DNA from: Curvularia clavata
Taxonomy: Eukaryota
DNA: 64,000 nucleotides
Direction of reading: 5' to 3'
Assembly: GCA_023920165.1 (NCBI GenBank)
Contig: CP089275.1
Coordinates: forward strand, 2,852,001-2,916,000
Positions 61,001 to 64,000 of this stretch are shown here, piece by piece. The notes beneath the pieces are model-generated. The model was not told the DNA's origin and did not search any database. It was given only the letters and a program-made list of their open reading frames with translations. A program made the translations under genes and the position numbers. The stretch's first letter is position 1. Every line of letters begins with the position of its first letter.

Positions 61001-62500
61001 ACGTAAGAGAATGTACTCCTTCCGGACTCGGTATGGGAAGATTCGGTTGGCCATGGTCCAACCTTGCATAATAGACCGTCATTGCTAGCGCCACCAGCAA
61101 TCAGAAAGTCCGGGCATTGTTGCGCAGCCTCAGAGACATCAACACGTAAGCATGCAAATGCAGTGTCAATGCGGTGTGACCATTCGCCAGCCTCATTTGT
61201 TTCGATCGTCCCGGCTGGGCCTCGGACCACATACATGATACGCCCATCTTCTCTGGCAAGGTAAAAATCCTCTTTCGCGTAGCCCGGATTGCGTAGCGTC
61301 TTGTCCCACGCCGTCCATTTGGGTTTCGATTTACTGTCACCTGGGAGGAGTGGACGGGTCAGGTTCGGATCAATGGGCACCAGTGTACACGACGGATCTC
61401 CAGAAAGGATGTTCTTGTACACGGAAATGTGCTCTTCGAAAACTAAGAGGAAGTCGGGGCTACGACGAAGCGGAATGAGAAGTGAGGGCATCGTGTCCTC
61501 TGAGTGAGTTAGCAGTGATGGCAAAAATGTACACATGCACGGATGACGACCTACCTTGTTGGACAATGTACCGCTCTGTCCGTGCAGTCGCCTCGCTGAG
61601 ATCCTGTCGACAATCCCAATCAAAGCAAGAAAGTCTTGTTCTACCATCAAGGACAATGACTAGAACGAGGACGACGTGATACTCATCCTGGCCAGATGAT
61701 AAAAAGTCCATGTGCATGATTTGGCCCTGAACTGATATGATGCGCTCGTCTTCAACAGGCGTTGTCACGCTACCGCCATCCTTTATCTCCTTTTCCCATG
61801 CTTCCATGGATTTGGTCTTGTAGAGGATAAAACGACCCTCATGTGCTCCTACTGCTATTGCTCGGCACTTGAAGTCGACCGCGAGGAGGGCGCCAAGGCG
61901 ATCGAACCGTGAGCTTCCTGCAGGTAGCCTGACGGTTTTATGGACAAAAGCAGTGGGCCCTGTTTGCGTGTGGTGAGCCCAGAGGAACATTAGCGTCCTG
62001 TTGGAGAGGGTAAGCACGACAACTTCTGGAGGGAGGCAGGCTTCCTTTTTGTTTGCAGACCCTCGAGGTCCATGTGGTGAATAGTTTTTGGGTAAGGAAA
62101 GGCCCGCATTCTTTGTGCTAGAAACTTCACGCGGTAGGCCAAACACCTTGGCAGTAATGATTCGACCGCCATTGAAGTCAGTATTGGTAGCCACATGGCG
62201 AATGCGGCCATAGTCACGAATTTCCTTCAGATGGACAGAGTCCTCGCCAACGATTACAACGTCAACAAGGTCTTTGTGACGTATGTTGGCAGGTAATATG
62301 AGCTTACTCAAAGGAGTAGCGATGACTGTTTGCGATAGTATACCATATTCTGGTGTTCGAGGGGTTGGTGATGGTGGTTTTGGGATTGCATCTCGCATCT
62401 CAACGTCACCCTGGCGGTCCCTATCCATGATATGATAGACATCGAGAGGCACGGACAACCACTCACCGTCAACAAGCCTGAGACCGCGGGCCTGTGCCAT
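58082..62500 (-). CDS. Mms1/DDB1/CPSF160-family beta-propeller protein ('thermotolerance protein' type)
   Basis: Four consecutive minus-strand ORFs linked by short GT-AG introns. Motifs YGILSQTVI, LAVDFKCRAIAVGA, PNWTPLTDF and GEISELRHG. Confidence 0.8.
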
Positions 62501-63300
62501 GATGAATGATCAGGAGACGATGGCAGGACAGGAAAGTATTGAGACGAGGATGATTTTTTGGGCCGTGCAGGCGCGGACAAGATTTGCTTATGCTGAGATA
62601 GAAAAAGGGCGCAAAGACACACTGTCAGAGAAAGCGCCCAAAGGCATATTGAAGCCTGTCTAGGCAGGCTAGCTTTTCAGACAGGGTTGATGAGGCAAAA
62701 CGGTTTAGATGTACAGCAGCCGGGGTGTATTAGTGCAGTTGGCAGGCAGCCTGCGCAGACCCGTAGTGGCTGATTTCAATAACGGATACGACTAGCGGAA
62801 TGGCGGCCACCCGTCGAGGCAACTGCATCTGGCGCTCGGATGTAGTGAATGAATATCAAGGGTGTGTAGTTGGCCAGACGAGTCTTTGCCGGACCGCAAT
62901 AGAAGGGCGGGAGTCGTGCACGTAATCGAAGCGCGCCGTGTGCAACGCGGGCTGAGCGAGCTATTGATCGACTAACGAGGCCAGCAGCGGACAAGGCCGG
63001 GAGTTGAGGTGAATGGGTCGGCCAGGTTACACAGCTGCAGGCTCACGTGACTCGAACATTTAATGGTGGGGTGCCAAGCGCCTCGGTTCGACGAGCAATG
63101 GAAGTGCGACGCTCACACGGCAACCTAGCACCCGGGAACCCTACGCGTAACCATCAACATGTAAGCCATTCACTCTTGGACAAGACACACCCGTTTGGCC
63201 CCGCCTCGCCTCGCCGCTCTCCATCTCCCTGCGCCCGTTTGCGCACACGGAACACACATTGGCTGCCTCATCCTGCCGACCTCGAGATGCCACCACGGCC

Positions 63301-64000
63301 ATGGCTACACCCACTTCCTCAAGATCTACATCACGCTCAGTGAGCGCGAGCTCCGGCAGTCTCCCCACGCGCCATGCCACGCCTGTCGCTACCCTCTCGC
63401 CGGCCGAACAGGAGAAGGAGGCATTGATTCGTGCGGCCATTGACAACGATGACGTCGCTGCCCTAGCTCATCTAGCGACAACGACGTATGGCCTTGTCAG
63501 CGACGGCCTGCGTCGTGCTGCTTGTATGCTGCCGTTTGCATTGCGTCTTGTACAATGCTGATGTGTTTAGGGCCCCTCTTGCTAGGATGCTCCGAATGTA
63601 GTGCGGCCAAGGAGCCCCAGGCGGGCCTTCCCGAGCACAGGGACGAGCATCAGGTTGCCCTTGACGTCAATCGGGCCTTCGTCTACTATCCCAAGAACGG
63701 TAGGCCACATCACGCCAGAATGAACTGACCTTAAGCGCTGACCCCTCTAGAATCGGAGAAGCAGCTCCAACAAAGAAAGAAAGACCTCTCCTACGTCATC
63801 CTCGACGTCCTGCGCCGTCACCCCTCGCTATGCTACTTCCAGGGCTATCATGACATTGTCCAGGTCCTTCTCCTTGTCCTCGGTCCCGAACATGCTCCCG
63901 CTGCAGTCGCTCGCTTAAGCCTCTTGCGCATCCGCGATTTCATGCTGTCGTCGCTCGAACCTGCCCTTGCCCAACTCGAACTGCTTCGGCCTATCCTTCG
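63301..64000 (+). CDS. TBC-domain Rab GAP (Gyp8/TBC1D20-like); 5' part only
   Basis: DEHQVALDVNRAF, YFQGYHDIVQVLLLV and LLRIRDFM across two introns. Runs off the window end. Confidence 0.88.

Overview
Intron-containing filamentous ascomycete DNA, probably a Dothideomycete/Pleosporales (inferred from gene content). Two conserved housekeeping blocks flank an accessory island. The left block (1-17.9 kb) has head-to-head class VII and class V myosin-motor chitin synthases, eIF5B and an MFS transporter. The right block (39-64 kb) has a kexin-processed repeat peptide precursor, nuclear ATP9, the AreB/Asd4 GATA factor, SRP68, a Cya5-like PPR protein, three orphan C2H2 genes, an Mms1/DDB1-family protein and a Gyp8-like TBC GAP. 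Between them is a ~19.9 kb island (about 18373-38229) that appears to sit inside the T-loop of a tRNA-Leu(UAA) gene. The 5' part of that tRNA is at 38230-38304 (-) and a tRNA 3' end is at 18353-18372 (-). The island carries its own intact tRNA-Leu(UAA) at 24103-24196 (+), recoded specifically in the acceptor and T stems. It also encodes three paralogous proteins with PD-(D/E)XK-like motifs, a divergent membrane-anchored kinesin with a C-terminal motor, an FHA-like protein, Zn-finger proteins and several orphans. I see no transposase, tyrosine recombinase or TIRs. My working hypothesis (inference) is a tRNA-targeting homing or cleave-and-rescue selfish element. Protein identities come from motif recognition by eye, not database searches.
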